A stretch of DNA of 64,000 nucleotides from Eledone cirrhosa. Taxonomy: Eukaryota. The position numbers and the translations under genes were made by a program. Location of the stretch: assembly GCA_964016885.1 (NCBI GenBank), contig OZ024741.1:172980001-173044000 (forward strand), given 5' to 3'. Shown one piece after another: positions 1-13,394 of this stretch (the stretch's first letter is position 1; each line of letters starts with the position of its first letter). The notes below the pieces were generated by a model. The model did not search any database. It saw nothing but the letters and a program-made list of their open reading frames with translations, and had not been told where the DNA came from.

Positions 1-37
1 TGCTGTCTGGAAATGCAACAGCATTTACATACATACA

Positions 38-600
38 TGGTGGCTGCCAACTCGTTTTCGAGTACGGCCACTACTTTATATCCATGTAGGAGAACCCCTA
101 CCGATGCGCTGAACGAGTGTGACTTTTTAGTCCAGTCAGCGACTTGAAAACTCTGGTACAAACACTACACTTGTGACAATTATTGACACATAGTGCTGGG
201 CCCATGGTACCATGTGACGACAAGTGCAGAGAGATCTCCAGATATAAGTAATGCCTGTGACGTGAAGCTTTTATAGTGAGCAAAGGCACTGCACAAAGCC
301 AGTCCCACTCTCTTAACCAAGATGATATTTACCAAAAAGAAGAACAAGTCAACATCATTGGATACCATCAGAGTTACAGGTGTTATATCAGAGTTTTCCT
401 TCTCCTAGAATTCTGCCTTGACAAAGGCTAAGGGGTCATCTCTCCCGGTGATTTTGGATGGCCATTGACTCTTAAGAGCTCCATTGCCCTTTGACAGGAT
501 TTGTTTTTAGTCCTGCAGGATGTCCAAAGTCACCCTCCTCACCAAGAAACCTTGGTTGGGTTGCCAGTTTAGTCGCCAACGACCAGACCATGGACAGGTT
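38..600 (-). mobile_element. Bipartite RTE-derived non-autonomous element, family A (RTE 5'UTR-like head + RTE 3' end with C2H2 finger, (TATG)n tail)
   Basis: Minus strand encodes CSVCTRVFKSLTGLKSHTRSAHR and ends gtactcgaaaacgagttggcagccacc(atgt)n. It carries the RTE-5'UTR-like motif ctaggagaaggaaaactctga. Near-identical copies at 1455-1803 and 3781-4390. Confidence 0.75.
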
Positions 601-1116
601 GCCCCCTCGTTATCGAGTATGGCCATTGCACGATATACGGTTATTAATAATTATTAATTAATTCTATCCTGCAATGCCTGTGCGTGAAGATATTTTTTAA
701 AGTGAGGAAAGACTGTGCACTGAGCCAATCCCACTCTCTGAGCGACAGTAGCTATAACCCGAAAAGAAGAAAAGATCAACATCATCGGTAACTACTGAGC
801 CGCAGGTTTTATATCGGAGTTATCCCAGTTTCCTGAGTTGCCTTCTCCTAGAAGAATACCCTGACAAAGGCTAGGGGTCCTTCACTCCCACTGGTTTAAC
901 CGCGCGATCGGGTGTCCAGCCCGACTATTTCTATGTCCCCGCGCATATACCTACACATGCACCCATGTATATACACATATACATATACATATGTACATGT
1001 GCATATACATATTTACACACTTTTGGATGGCCGTTGACTCTTATGAGTTCTTCCGCCCTTTTTCAGGTTATGTTTTTTGTCCTGCACGGTGTCCAAAATC
1101 ACCCTCCTCACCAAGT
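601..1116 (-). mobile_element. RTE-related non-autonomous element/SINE, family B
   Basis: Reverse complement of about 12530-13055. Shares head and central motifs with family A. RTE-type 3' end ggccatactcgataacgagggggc. Confidence 0.7.
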
Positions 1117-1156
1117 AAAGATACATATATACATACATACATACACGCATACATAC

Positions 1157-1421
1157 ATGTAAAACATTCCAAAAATGTTGCATCTAATAACTGCATATAC
1201 ACATGTAGATACAAAGCGTATACACATGCACACATACAACTCAAAACATATACATCCACACATACAATAACATCCATACCTACATATGCATGCATGCAGA
1301 CACGCATACATATCTACCTAGTTGATGTTGTGTAAATTCCAATGAGAGAGTCTTGTGTCTATGTTAGAAACCGACTCTCTCTCTATTGGTAAAACTTTGT
1401 GAAATTATAAAACCAGAAGAA
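1157..1421 (+). mobile_element. R4/Dong-type LINE family D1, extreme 3' end
   Basis: CKTFQ C-terminus plus 3'UTR matching about 2455-2721. (CATA)n on both sides. Confidence 0.8.
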
Positions 1422-1454
1422 CATACATACATACACACATACATACATACATAC

Positions 1455-1803
1455 ATGGTGGCTGCCAACTCGTTTTCGAGTACGGCCACTACTTTACATC
1501 CATGTAGGATAACCCCTACCGAAGCGCTGAACGAGTGTGACTTTTTAGTCCAGCCAGCGACTTGAAACCTCTGGTACAAACACTACACCTGTGACAATCA
1601 TTGACACATAGTGCTAGGCCCATGGTAGGACAATTATTGACACATAGTGCTGGGCCCATGTGAGGACAAGTGCAGAGAGATCTCCAGATATAAAGCAATG
1701 CCTGTGCCGTGAAGCTTTTATAGTGAGCAAAGGCACTGCACAAAGCCAGTCCCACTCTCTTAACCAAGATGCTATTTACCAAAAAGAAGAACAAGTCAAC
1801 ATC
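1455..1803 (-). mobile_element. Family A element, 5'-truncated
   Basis: Matches about 38-357. Flanked by (CATA)n. Confidence 0.75.
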
Positions 1804-1869
1804 ATACATACATACATACATACATACATACATACATACATACATACATACATACATACATACATACAT

Positions 1870-2721
1870 AACACCTAAATGTGATAACAAGTGCAGACTC
1901 TGCAGAACTAACATCGAGGATATCACCCATGTCATCAGCAACTGCCCAAAGATGTCATCGCGGTACTATCTACCTATGAGGCATGATGTAGTGGCCAAAA
2001 CACTGTACAATGCAGTTCGTAAAAAAGATAGCCCCGATAACAAACACATTAAAAGCTACAATAATGTGGAAGACATCCATGTACATAATATGAAAGAGTA
2101 CTGGTGGAATGTTCCAGTAAAAACCCCAATAAAATGCAGGCATAACAGACCAGATATTATGATATGGGACAGGGAGTAGAAGACATGCACAGTAGTGGAA
2201 ATTAGCTGCCCAGCAGATGCCAATATAATATCAAAGATTAGTGAAAAGGAGAATATTTATGCAGAACTGATGAGAAATCTGCAGATACTCCACCCTGATT
2301 ACACCTTCAGATTTATGCCTGTGATTATTGGGGCACTGGGATATGTTAGTAACTGCCTGAATATAAATCTTGAGAAGCTAGGCTTCACAGGAACAGAAAG
2401 AACACAACTAGTTAGGAAATTACAAGTACAATCCATTAATGGAACAGTAAGAATATGTAAAACATTCCAAAAATTTTGCATCTAATAACTGCATATACAC
2501 ATGTACAGATACAAAGCATATACACATGCACACATACAACTCAAAACATACACATCCACACATACAATAACATCCATATCTACACATGCATGCATGCAGA
2601 CATACATAAATATCTACCTAGTTGATGTTGTGTAAATTCCAATGAGAGAGTCTTATGTCTATGTTAGAAACCGACTCTCTCTCTATTGGTAAAACTTTGT
2701 GAAATTATAAAACCAGAAGAA
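1870..2721 (+). mobile_element. R4/Dong-type LINE D1, 5'-truncated (CCHC finger + restriction-like endonuclease)
   Basis: CRLC..EDITHVISNC..MRHD, then HNRPDIMIWD..VEISCP..EKE, with one in-frame stop. Flanked by (CATA)n. Confidence 0.88.
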
Positions 2722-2807
2722 CATACATACATACATACATACATACATACATACATACATACATACATACATACATACATACATACATACATACATACAT
2801 ACATACA

Positions 2808-3237
2808 TAAGCACAACCGGCCTGATATTGTAGTTTGGGACCACACATTGAAAACGTGTTCTGTTGTGGAGATCAGCTGCCCACTTGATGTAAACGTTGT
2901 CAGAAAAATACAGGAGAAGGAGGACATCTACGGACCATTGATGAGGAGCTTACAAATCCAGTATCCAAGATACACCTTTAGCTTCATACCCATCATTATT
3001 GGTGCTACGGGTTATATACCAACCCGCTTGGACCAAAGTATGACCGAACTTGGATTTGCGGACAAAAAGCGCAGCTCCCTAATTCATAGTCTACAAATGG
3101 CTGCGATAGCTGGCACCTTCAAAATATGCAAAACATTCTTGCGATTCAAGGGATGACAATTTCTTTTCTTTTACAACGTTGCCACCAGGAAGGTGGCCGG
3201 TCAAAAAAATATACTCGAAATTAAGAGAAAGAGAAAA
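2808..3237 (+). mobile_element. R4/Dong-type LINE family D2, 5'-truncated
   Basis: KHNRPDIVVWD..VEISCPLD..CKTFLRFKG, near-identical to about 35982-36410. (CATA)n flanks. Confidence 0.88.
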
Positions 3238-3300
3238 CATACATACATACATACATACATACATACATACATACATACATACATACATACATACATACAT

Positions 3301-3706
3301 GAGGATTTCGGCGTCTTCACAGTCGATTGCCGTCTCTTATTGATTTTTGTTATCACCCCATCTACGTCCATGACTTCGTAGATAACTTTGTAGACCAACT
3401 GTAGATCTGCATGGTTTACGACACAGGGGACAGAGAGAGTTTTGCTTTCCACAGGACCGGTGGTGTTACCCTGTGGGATACAATCTTTATGCACCACCAT
3501 GTCCTTTTTTTAATCGGAAACTAGTTCTACACACTTTGTTGTATATCATTCGCGTTGTTTCGCCAGGTCTTTGTTAAGAGGTGTTGCAGGTGTTTATCCT
3601 TTCATGTGACTTCAGGTGATTAATATAACCAGCCTTTGAGAGGAGTACACGCTGAGAGAAATTGCATATCCAACAACTGATGACTTCATTAAGACTATGA
3701 ACACGT
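3301..3706 (-). mobile_element. 3' end of an RTE-like LINE with tandem C2H2 zinc fingers and (TATG)n tail
   Basis: [39 protein letters not shown] and a frameshifted C..CRKPCRS..GLQS.LRSH. Flanked by (CATA)n. Confidence 0.6.
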
Positions 3707-3780
3707 ACATACATACATACATACATACATACATACATACATACATACATACATACATACATACATACATACATACATAC

Positions 3781-4390
3781 ATGGTGGCTGCCAACTCGTT
3801 TTCGAGTACGGCCACTACTTTATATCCATGTAGGAGAACCCCTACTGATGCGCTGAACGAGTGTGACTTTTTAGTCCAGCCAGGGACTTGAAAACTCTGG
3901 TACAAACACTACACTTGTGACAATTACTGACACATAGTGCTGGGCCCATTGTACCATGTCACGACAAGTGCAGAGAGATCTCCAGATATAAAGCAATGCC
4001 TGTGCCGTGAAGCTTTTATAGTGAGCAAAGGCACTGCACAAAGCCAGTCCCACTCTCTTAACCAAGATGATATTTACCAAAAAGAAGAACAAGTCTACAT
4101 CATTGGATACCATCAGGGTTGCAGGTGTTATATCAGAGTTTTCCTTCTCCTAGAATTCTGCCTTGACAAAGGCTAAGGGGTAATCTCTCCCGGTGATTTT
4201 GGATGGCCATTGACTCTTAAGAGCTCCTTTGACCTTTGACAGGTTTTGTTTTTAGTCCTGCAGGATGTCCAAAGTCACCTTCCTCACCAAGAAACCTTGG
4301 TGGGGTTGCCAGTTTAGTCGCCAACGACCCGACCATGAGACAGGTTGTACTGGGATACATGTTACCAGTAGCACCAACTGGTGACCTGAC
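3781..4390 (-). mobile_element. Family A element, apparently full length (about 610 bp)
   Basis: Longest copy. Head gtcaccagttggtgctactggtaacatg is similar to the family B head at 12446. (CATA)n on both sides. Confidence 0.78.
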
Positions 4391-4559
4391 ATACATACAT
4401 ACATACATACATACATACATACATACATACATACATACATACATACATACATACATACATACATACATACATACGAAATTACGGGATGAGAAGCTTGCAA
4501 AAGAGACATGGATTATAGTGACAAATGCTTGTGCAATATGAATGCCAGTCTCTACGTCT

Positions 4560-4866
4560 CTGGACCATTGATGAGGAGTTTACAAATCCAGTATCCAAGA
4601 TACACCTTTAGCTTCATACCCATCATTATTGGAGCTACGGGTTATATACCAACCCGCTTGGACCAAAGTATGACTGAACTTGGCTTTGCGGACAAAAAGC
4701 GCAGCTCCCTAATTCATAGTCTACAAATGGCTGCGATAGCTGGCACCTTCAAAATTTGCAAAACATTCTTGCGATTCAAGGGATGACAATTTCTTTTCCT
4801 TTACAACCTTGCCACCAGGAAGGTGGCCGGTCACAAAAATATACTCGAATTAAGAGAAAGAGATAA
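4560..4866 (+). mobile_element. Dong D2, 5'-truncated
   Basis: GPLMRSLQIQYPRY..CKTFLRFKG plus the D2 3'UTR hairpin gccacc-aggaa-ggtggc. Confidence 0.85.
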
Positions 4867-5299
4867 CATACATACATACATACATACATGAATTCATGCA
4901 TGCATACATACATACTTACACACACAGGCACACACAGGCACACACAAGCATACGCAGGCACATGCAGACATACATACGTATTTACCTAGTTGATGTTGTC
5001 TAACATCAACTGTCTTGTGCCTATGTTAGAAACCTTCTCTCTCTCTCGATATATGAAATTTATAAAATGATAAAATCAGAATATACATAAAATGACGATC
5101 GTTTTTGGTCAGTCCGATACTCGTGTGTAAATACTGCTTATATGAAGGCAACATAACATATATTGGAAAAGTTGAGTTACAGAATTTGGTAGGATTACAT
5201 ACGAATATATCTACATAAGTGTTTAAACATTACATATATTGTGACAACCTGAAAGAAAAGATTACCCAAGACATAAACAATTCTAAATTTAGTTCAGAA

Positions 5300-6895
5300 A
5301 AAACTGTGTCGAAACTTTTAAAGAAGGGCATCGTCTATTTTGAAAAATAAATACAAATATCAGTGAATAGACAAAATTATCATGATTAAACGTAGTAGTC
5401 TCCTTCGACCAATTCTTAACTACTATCATTGTATTCAATGGAGCTACAATCTTAACAAAGATCTATATGAAGCATATATACAATCTAATCCAAAAGATTT
5501 CGGATTTATGCAAAGGTTAAAACATTTGTGGAAGTCCAAATACCCAGAATTAAAATCATTAGATATCAATTGATGCATTTAACGGAACTGTCTGATTCAA
5601 ATAAAGAGGCTGACACTACAAAGCCAACCATTGAAGGCAACTGCTAAATGGTTTATTTGCCAGAGATTCCAAGTCAGTCTACACTAGATTCAAAGTGAGA
5701 TGCACACTCTCTGCAAAAGACAGAAGATCAGGTTGAGAGCTACGGAGGATCTGTATGGGAAAGAAATGGCGAATTTAACAAACAAGCTGTATGACTAAAA
5801 GAACTGGAGTAGGACTACTGTCAGCATATCCTGCAAAAGCAATACGAAATACGCAGTGCAGTACTGGAAACAGCTCTACAGAAAATGTCAAACAGGAAAT
5901 CCCCTAGCCTAGGCCTAGACCTCATAATAGATTACTGTTGGAAGGATTTCACCAATTGTCGGTGAGATCCCATACGGTTGTATGGAAAAATGATCAAGAG
6001 GAGACAATAACTGTCCCAAGTTATCAACTGACACTACTCTCCTCGTCCATAAAATAATCAAACCACCTTTGCTAAACATTGCCGCCCAGTAGCCTGTCAG
6101 AATATCATCAAATAATTGTACACTGGAGGCCTCAATCACTTCTTGCAGGATTGTTGTGCTACCAACAACAGTATAACACCTGAGCAAGCCGGGAAAAAGA
6201 ATGGGTTGTGGGGCTGTATAGAACAACTACTTATTAACAAAATGATCCAGGAAAAAACAGTAAAGAATCGCAGGAACTTGACTATAGCATGGTTAGACTA
6301 CCAGACGTCTTTTGATAGTATACCACATGGGTGAATTATCAAAACTTTACAGTTAGCCCAAATCTCCAAACCATTAGAAGATGCTATCGAACCCCTGACC
6401 AATACTTGGTACACCAATTTTCTCCTTATGAGCAAATTAAATCTAATAGCAGTCACTATCAAAATAAATATTTCAGGGTGACAGATTGTCAGTGCTGCTT
6501 GTCATCCTTTTATTAAACCCCCTATCATAACTGCTCACAAAACATAGTTGCCATAGAAATAGATCCCATCTTTTCTTTGTCGATAACTTAAAATTGTATG
6601 GGCCAAATACCAACCTGATAAAAAACAAGGTATTTCCCAATTTTCTGCTGTCATTTGAACGAAATTTGGTGAGTCGAAATGTACATATTTTACAATAAAA
6701 CGTACAAAAGTTGCGCCCGCCTCTGAAAACCTGCAAATGAACGACATAACGATACAACCTCTACATTCAGATAACTATTATAGGTATTTGGAACAGGATG
6801 AGAATGTCAGATATGACGGGTCCATAAATAAGGAGAGGAATAGGAATAAATTCTTCAGAAGAGTAAAGAGAATATAGAACTCTCAGCGTACAAAG
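5300..6895 (+). pseudogene. Decayed, internally deleted Dong D2-like LINE (N-terminus + RT)
   Basis: WSYNLNKDLYEAY..GFMQRLKHLW N-terminus and PEQAGKKNGLWGCIEQLLINKMI..WLDYQTSFDSIPH. Homologous to about 33900-35120, with many lesions. Confidence 0.75.
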
Positions 6896-7197
6896 AACAC
6901 ACGAAGTTTCTTTTTAGAAACATCTAATACAAATACAATGCCGAAAAATAATGGATAAATTAGTTTTTGATACTTAATGAGATAATATTTAAAATCAATC
7001 CGGGTATCCTAGGATTTGCTTTATGCAAATACTGAAAAACTATGGTGAAGAAATTAGATATTTACAATATCAAGAAGAGGAATTTCATTTTACTCTTCCT
7101 TTTGATAGCAAGAAACGGTTTAAAGACATAAGGGTGTCCTCATTCGCTGTCGGTTGTCTTCTGATAATTGTGACCATAATAATAGTTGATCCCAATA

Positions 7198-7372
7198 AAC
7201 AATTGTTTCTACTTTTGGCACAAGGCCAGCAATTATTCCAGTACATTACTGGTACTTTATTTTATCGACCCCATAAGGATGAAGTTAACCTCGGCGGGAT
7301 TTGAACTCAGACTGTAAGGGGCCATAACTCTATGCTGCAAAGCAATGCATCCGATCTGCAGTCGATTCCAAT
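7198..7372 (-). mobile_element. tRNA-derived SINE (Nin-like body, (ATT)n tail)
   Basis: B-box gagttcaaatccc and ggggtcgataaaataaagtaccagt body on the minus strand. More than 10 copies or fragments in the window. Confidence 0.75.
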
Positions 7373-8229
7373 AAATAATAGTTGCGAAAATTGATTATTA
7401 TAATTATCGTTATTATTGTGGAAATTTACGTTGGGACGACTACATTTCAAATTTCAAATTTGCCCAATGCTTCTTCAGTGAACCGGTTGTTTATAATTCT
7501 ATCTAAAATCTTAAATCGAAAGTTGGGGATTGGGAAGAGGAAGGAACGGACAAAATTATTTTGAGAAAAAGCACGTGAGAGTGTTGGGGGAGAACGTAGG
7601 TACATGTGTGTGTGTTGTGTGTTGTGTGTGTGTTGTGTGTGTGTACTGTGTGTACTGTGTGTGCGTGTTTGTGTTGTGTGTGTGTGTGTACTCTGTGTAT
7701 GTACTGTGTGTGTGTGTATTTGTTCCTGTTTGTCCCCTCTATCTTCCTTTCTGGTTTCCCTTTGGGATATGATCACGAAAACGGCAAGACGGGCTTTGTC
7801 CCTTATGAGATACAAGTCTATATTACCTTACGCCTTATCATTGTTCATCTACTAAACTATTTGTCCTTCTTGTATAATGTCACTAGAGCCCTTGCCATTT
7901 CCTTCCCTTTTCCGTTTTTTTTTTCTTTCTTAATTTTTCCTCTTTTACATTCTATTCTTTCTTCTCAATCTAAATTTTCTGTCTTCTTTTTCTATTAAAT
8001 CATATTTACATCGGTTATTGTTTCTGGCTTGGTTTGTCTCAGTCGTAAGACTAACTCTGTTGCTTTTGTTTACATTGTCTTACAGTACATTTTTTGATGG
8101 GGTAGGATAAAGGTGATAATTGTGGTGGCAGTGCTCATTTTCGTTATGATGGTAGTGGAGGTGGTGGTGGTGGTGATGGTGGTGGTATTTGTGGGTCTAT
8201 CAGAAATTATATTTTTATGGTGGTAGTTG

Positions 8230-8403
8230 TAATGTATTTATGTTCGCTGGTTTTAATATTTTATGAATTTTCACACATAGAGAAAGTGCCGGTCTCTAAC
8301 ATAGAAACAAGATTCTTTCATTGGAACTGAGACAACATTATCCAGGTAAATATATATGAATGTCTGTATATGTTTGTGTGTGTGCGTGTGTGCGTCTTTG
8401 TGT

Positions 8404-8487
<84 letters not shown>

Positions 8488-11400
8488 AGGTATGGATGTT
8501 ATTGCATGTGTGAGTCTGTATATTTTGAGTACACGTGCATATGGTTCTGTATCTGTATATGTGTATATGCATTACATGCTGAATTTCTGAAATGATTTAC
8601 ATATTTTTACAGCTCTTTTAATGGACTGTAATTGCCATTTCCTAACTAGACATGCTTTTTCTGGTTCTGTGAAACCCACCTTCTCAAAATTTGAACCGAT
8701 ACAGTTCGTAACATTTCCAAGAGCCCCAATAATCACAAATACAAAGGTATATCTGCAGATTCCTTATTAGTTCATATAATTAGCATTATGTTGATATCTG
8801 ATGGGCAGATGATTTTCACTACTGTCGATGCCTCCTTTTGTCTGTTCCATATACCTATGTCTGGTCTGTTTTGTTTTAATTTTATTGGGGATTTTATTGG
8901 GACATTCCACCAGTACTCTGTCTCATATTATGTTTGCATATGCCCTTCACATAACAAACTTTTTATATTTTTATTCTCAAGATTATGCTTTCTATGGATA
9001 TCATTGAATAGTATTTTGGCCATTATATAACGCTTCATAATATCGTGATCACATCTTTAGAAAACTAATTATGATGTGGGTGCCATCTTCAATGTTCATT
9101 CAGCAAATTCTCCATTTGTTGTCACATCTAGGTGCTTTGGCTGCATCCCTAAATCTTTTAAAAATCAGATATTTTCTTATTTCCTGTTCATGGTTTGCAG
9201 AAGTATATCCTTCAAAGTGAGAGCTAATATACCGGTTGTTGATCCAAGATAGGCTACTTTACTTATCTATACTACATTACTCTCACTTTGAAGCGTTCTA
9301 GCAACATAACCATGCATATGTTTTGCTGATAAGCATGCATCGTTTCATTCATGTATTCGTTGCGGTATTGTAGTGCAATTTCTATGGATTTTATATTTTG
9401 GTTATCATGCAGGAATTATTTCTCAGGGAGCTCCTTCCCAACTTTCATGATGCTATCTGCTTCATGTAGACAGACTTGTTCAATAGGTACGCTTCTACGC
9501 TTGGTTCGTAGATGTTGTCGGGGGATATGTTGCCACACTCAAATGCTGTTTAGATTTTAAACCTGTCTCTCTGTTTAGGTTTTAAGTAAAGGCGGCTGTT
9601 GATGTCGAAATTCCCGATGCCCGTTAGAACTTTTCGGGCTTTAACATCAATGGCTCGGTTCTCATATAGCTTCTAGTCAATGTTGATGTCAACACGGGCA
9701 CACCAAATACATTGAAGACCACTGATTTAAATTGCGAAAACCATATTTTTCTTACTCAGATGATATATTCCCTGGTTGCTTGTTCCATGTTGAAATTCCC
9801 TCATCAGATATTTTTTCATCTATCACTAAGTATCTGTAGCAGTCCTCGTCAGATACCGGTGAAACAGTCATGTCATTGATAAAGATGTTGCTTGATTGGC
9901 TGGTAGTTTTTCCCTCGCTTTACAATCAAAGAGTACTTTTATCCTGGTCACACTCCATCCCTATACTTTTCCAGAACGTCGTAACCAGGTCAAGGTTTTT
10001 CTTCATACCAATTATATTCTTGGCATACAGTTTCCCGTCATCCACTAAAACGCTCTGTCTTAGGTTTGTGTTTCTGACCTCCTTTGAACCAATTACGTAT
10101 CCATATTTCCTCGGCGTGAAGGACAAGAGGTTTACTGACTGTATATATAGGATCACAGAGAGAGACAATCTCCTTGATATTTTATTTTATCAGTGACAAT
10201 ATAGTCCTCCTTTTTTAGTATTTAGCTTCAGGATAGTGGCCCAGGAAGAAGATAGGTTTTCTATGGCTCTGATTATGGTATCTGGGACTTTAGCAAGTTG
10301 AAAGGCCTCTAGTATACAAGAGTGGACAACAGAATCGAATGCTTTCCTGTAGTCCAGCTAGACTGTAACCAAGTTTCTCCTATGTCGCCGCACCTCTGAC
10401 ATCGCAAATTTGTTAATTAGGAGTTGCTCAGAAAACCTAAAACTCCTTTCTTACCAGCTATTTGCTCATCTGTGATCATATTGTTATTGCCACAGTGGTC
10501 TTGGAAGAATATGTTCAGACAGGCTTTATACACTTTATATATGAGGTTATAGCATACAATAGGTCGGTAGGCTTTTGCCAAGTGATTTTCTTTTTTTTTT
10601 GGGGGGGGGGGTCTGCTAATATCAACCGGCTTGGTATATATACATCTCCATTGAGAGATTGCTGGTAGAACTTGATAAGGTACATCGGATGGAAAGCCAG
10701 TGTTTTGTACCAGTAGCCAACAATCAAATCTCTCTTTGGTACTTTCTTACCTTGAAGTTTTCCTATCACAGTCTAAAGGGTATCATCATTGACGCTGTAC
10801 GTTTTAGGGGCAATGCAAGAACAATAGTTCGTTCGGATCTCTTTTAACCACACTGCATCATGGTTGAATTTCTTTTCCTCGTCTCATATTTTTCTTTAGA
10901 TGGAATCTATGTCTTTCTGGGACGGGACCTCAGTGACATTTATTAAATTGCCCCTCATATTTCTATAGACTGATATTTGGTTTTATTAATCATTTTCCTT
11001 TCAACCTCTCTCTTCTTAGATCGGTGTTTCTCGCTGCTGACAGTTCTCAATTCTTGTTTGAGGGCAATCAACTTGTATTGACGAGTTCTGCTTGTACTGA
11101 CTCCAAACATCCTTTCTATTCTATTTTTCACTCTTTGATTTTTGATTTTGTTTATATGTGATAAGCATTGTAACATGGCCGATAGTTTTCCCTAGGTCAA
11201 CGATCTTTTTTCTATTTTTAAAATATACGATGGCATTTCTGTGTTGTTGTTTTTTTTTACATCTCTATTTTCACCAAGATAATGTTTTACTGTCGTTGCT
11301 AGGGCATATAGATAAACGTTAATTTAAAAAATTGTAGGGTTTTTAATTTTTTATAAATATTCACCCCCAATTTCGTCGATAGCACGCAGAAATTCTTTAG

Positions 11401-12390
11401 TTAGCTTCTTGTTTAATATTGTTGTTTTAAGTTTTCTTTTTTCTTTTCGGAGGAGAGAAAGTTTCATACATAAATTAATCTATTTTTGGAAAGTTTTACT
11501 ACAGATAAATTTTAACTCTGTATTCTTCAAATTTTGATGTTGATGGTTAACTTAACTGCGAGATATAGCAGTCGAATTAAAGTCTGTTGTGATATGTGGT
11601 GTAAAATTTGTCGCGAGCATGGTCGTTTCAAGAGTCTTTTCATGTATAACTGTTGTTTGCTGTTGATGGTCAGACTGGCTACGAGAAAATGTAGTAACAT
11701 GGCTACCTGTTGTGAAACGTGTTGATTGTATGTCTGATCTAGGAGAATGCTCACTTGGTGTTGTTATTTATAACGGTTTCATTTTCATTATTGTTTTCAA
11801 TAATATTTATGTTATTTTTACGTTCGACAAACGTTGCTTGTTGGCGTGATTGTTTGGCTGTCAAATAATTTAGCTCTGGGTGAAGTTTGTTCCAGTGTAA
11901 TTTCATTCTGTTCATATAGCCAACAGAGGGATATTTTTTGCCATTTTATAACAATCAAATATGTCGTTATTCAGTTCGTAGCTCCAAGAAAAAAGCGATT
12001 TATAGTTTCGGTTCCTCCTTTAACTACAATTAAAGAGATTCTGTTTACCTTTCTCGTTGTTGTTTTTCTTCCATTCTTCACTAATGTTGTTGATGTTGTT
12101 GTGTCGAGCAACGTTGTTAGTAGCAGGTGAATTGAATTGTTAGACGGATATCTCTACAATTTCGAATAAAAGTTGTCTGTGTACATTATGTGCACATTAT
12201 GTATTCCAGCCGACAGGCTGAGGCCATACTGGGGCACCACCGCAATGAATATCATCAAAAGAATGGCCAATTATTTAACAAGACTGGTAATTGTAGAAAT
12301 TACTGTTAGAGATAGTATTCATCTTAGATTTTATTAATAATCTCCCACACCGTATTTGCGACTATTCGCATCAAAGTTATTGAGTATCAT
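8230..12390 (-). mobile_element. Near full-length decayed R4/Dong LINE (D1-related)
   Basis: D1-like 3'UTR at about 8230-8570, RLE at about 8580-9000 and RT motifs at about 9900-10700, all homologous to 18262-20990. Basic N-terminal region extends to about 12100. Confidence 0.8.
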
Positions 12391-12445
12391 ATATATGCAT
12401 ATATGTATATATGTATATAAATATGTATGTACGTATGTATGTCGA

Positions 12446-13058
12446 GTCACTCCTGAGTGCTACTGGTAACATGTAAGCCAGTACAACCTGTCGCATGGTC
12501 GGGTCGTCCGGCAAGCCCACCAAGTTTACTTGGTGAGGAGGGGGATTTTGGACACCCTGCAGGACAAAAAAACAAAACCTGACAAAGCGCAGAACAACTC
12601 ATAAGAGTCAACGGCCATCCAAAAGTGTGTAAATATGTATATACACATGTACATATGTATGTATATGTATATGTGTATATACATGGGTGCATGTGTGTGT
12701 ATATGTGTGGAGACATATAAATAGTCGGGCTGGACACACGATCGCGCGGTTAAACCACTTGGGAGTGAAGGACCCCTAGCCTTTGTCAGGGCATTCTTTT
12801 AGGAGAAGGCAACTCAGGAAACTGGGATAACCGCGATATAAAACCTGCGGCTCAGTAGTTACCGATGATGTTGATCTTTTCTTCGTTTCGGGTTATAGCT
12901 ACTGTCGCTCAGAGAGTGGGATTGGCTCAGTGCACAGTCTTTCCTCACTTTAAAAAATATCTTCACGCACAGGCATTGCAGGATAGAATTAATTAATAAT
13001 TATTAATAATGGTATATAGTGCAATGGCCATACACGATAACGAGGGAGCAGCCATCAT
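12446..13058 (+). mobile_element. Family B element, full length
   Basis: Reverse complement of 601-1116 plus head. Flanked by (TATG)n. Confidence 0.75.
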
Positions 13059-13086
13059 GTATGTATGTAAATATGTATGTATGCAT

Positions 13087-13394
13087 GTTAAACCACTGGA
13101 ACTGAAGGAGCCCTAACCTTTGTCAGGGCATTCTTCTAGGAGAAGACAACTCAGGAAACTGGGATAACTCCGACATAAAACCTGCCGCTCAATGGTTACC
13201 GATGATGTTGATCTTTTCTTCTTTTCGGGTTATAGCTACTGTCGCTCAGAGAGTGGGATTGGCTCAGTGCACAGTCTTTGCTCACTTTAAAAAATTATTC
13301 ACGCACAGGCATTGCACGATAGAATTAATTAATAATTATTAATAATGTTATATTATGCAATGGCCATACTTGATAACGAGGGGGCAGCCATCAT
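13087..13394 (+). mobile_element. Family B element, 5'-truncated tandem copy
   Basis: Matches about 12750-13058. (ATGT)n tail. Confidence 0.75.

Noticed and set aside
12195-12272. Possible HDV-like ribozyme in the Dong 5' region (ggccat/atggcc, cagcc/ggctg)
   Set aside because: No P1.1 GG, no catalytic C context and no convincing P2. It may be a SINE-tail relic.
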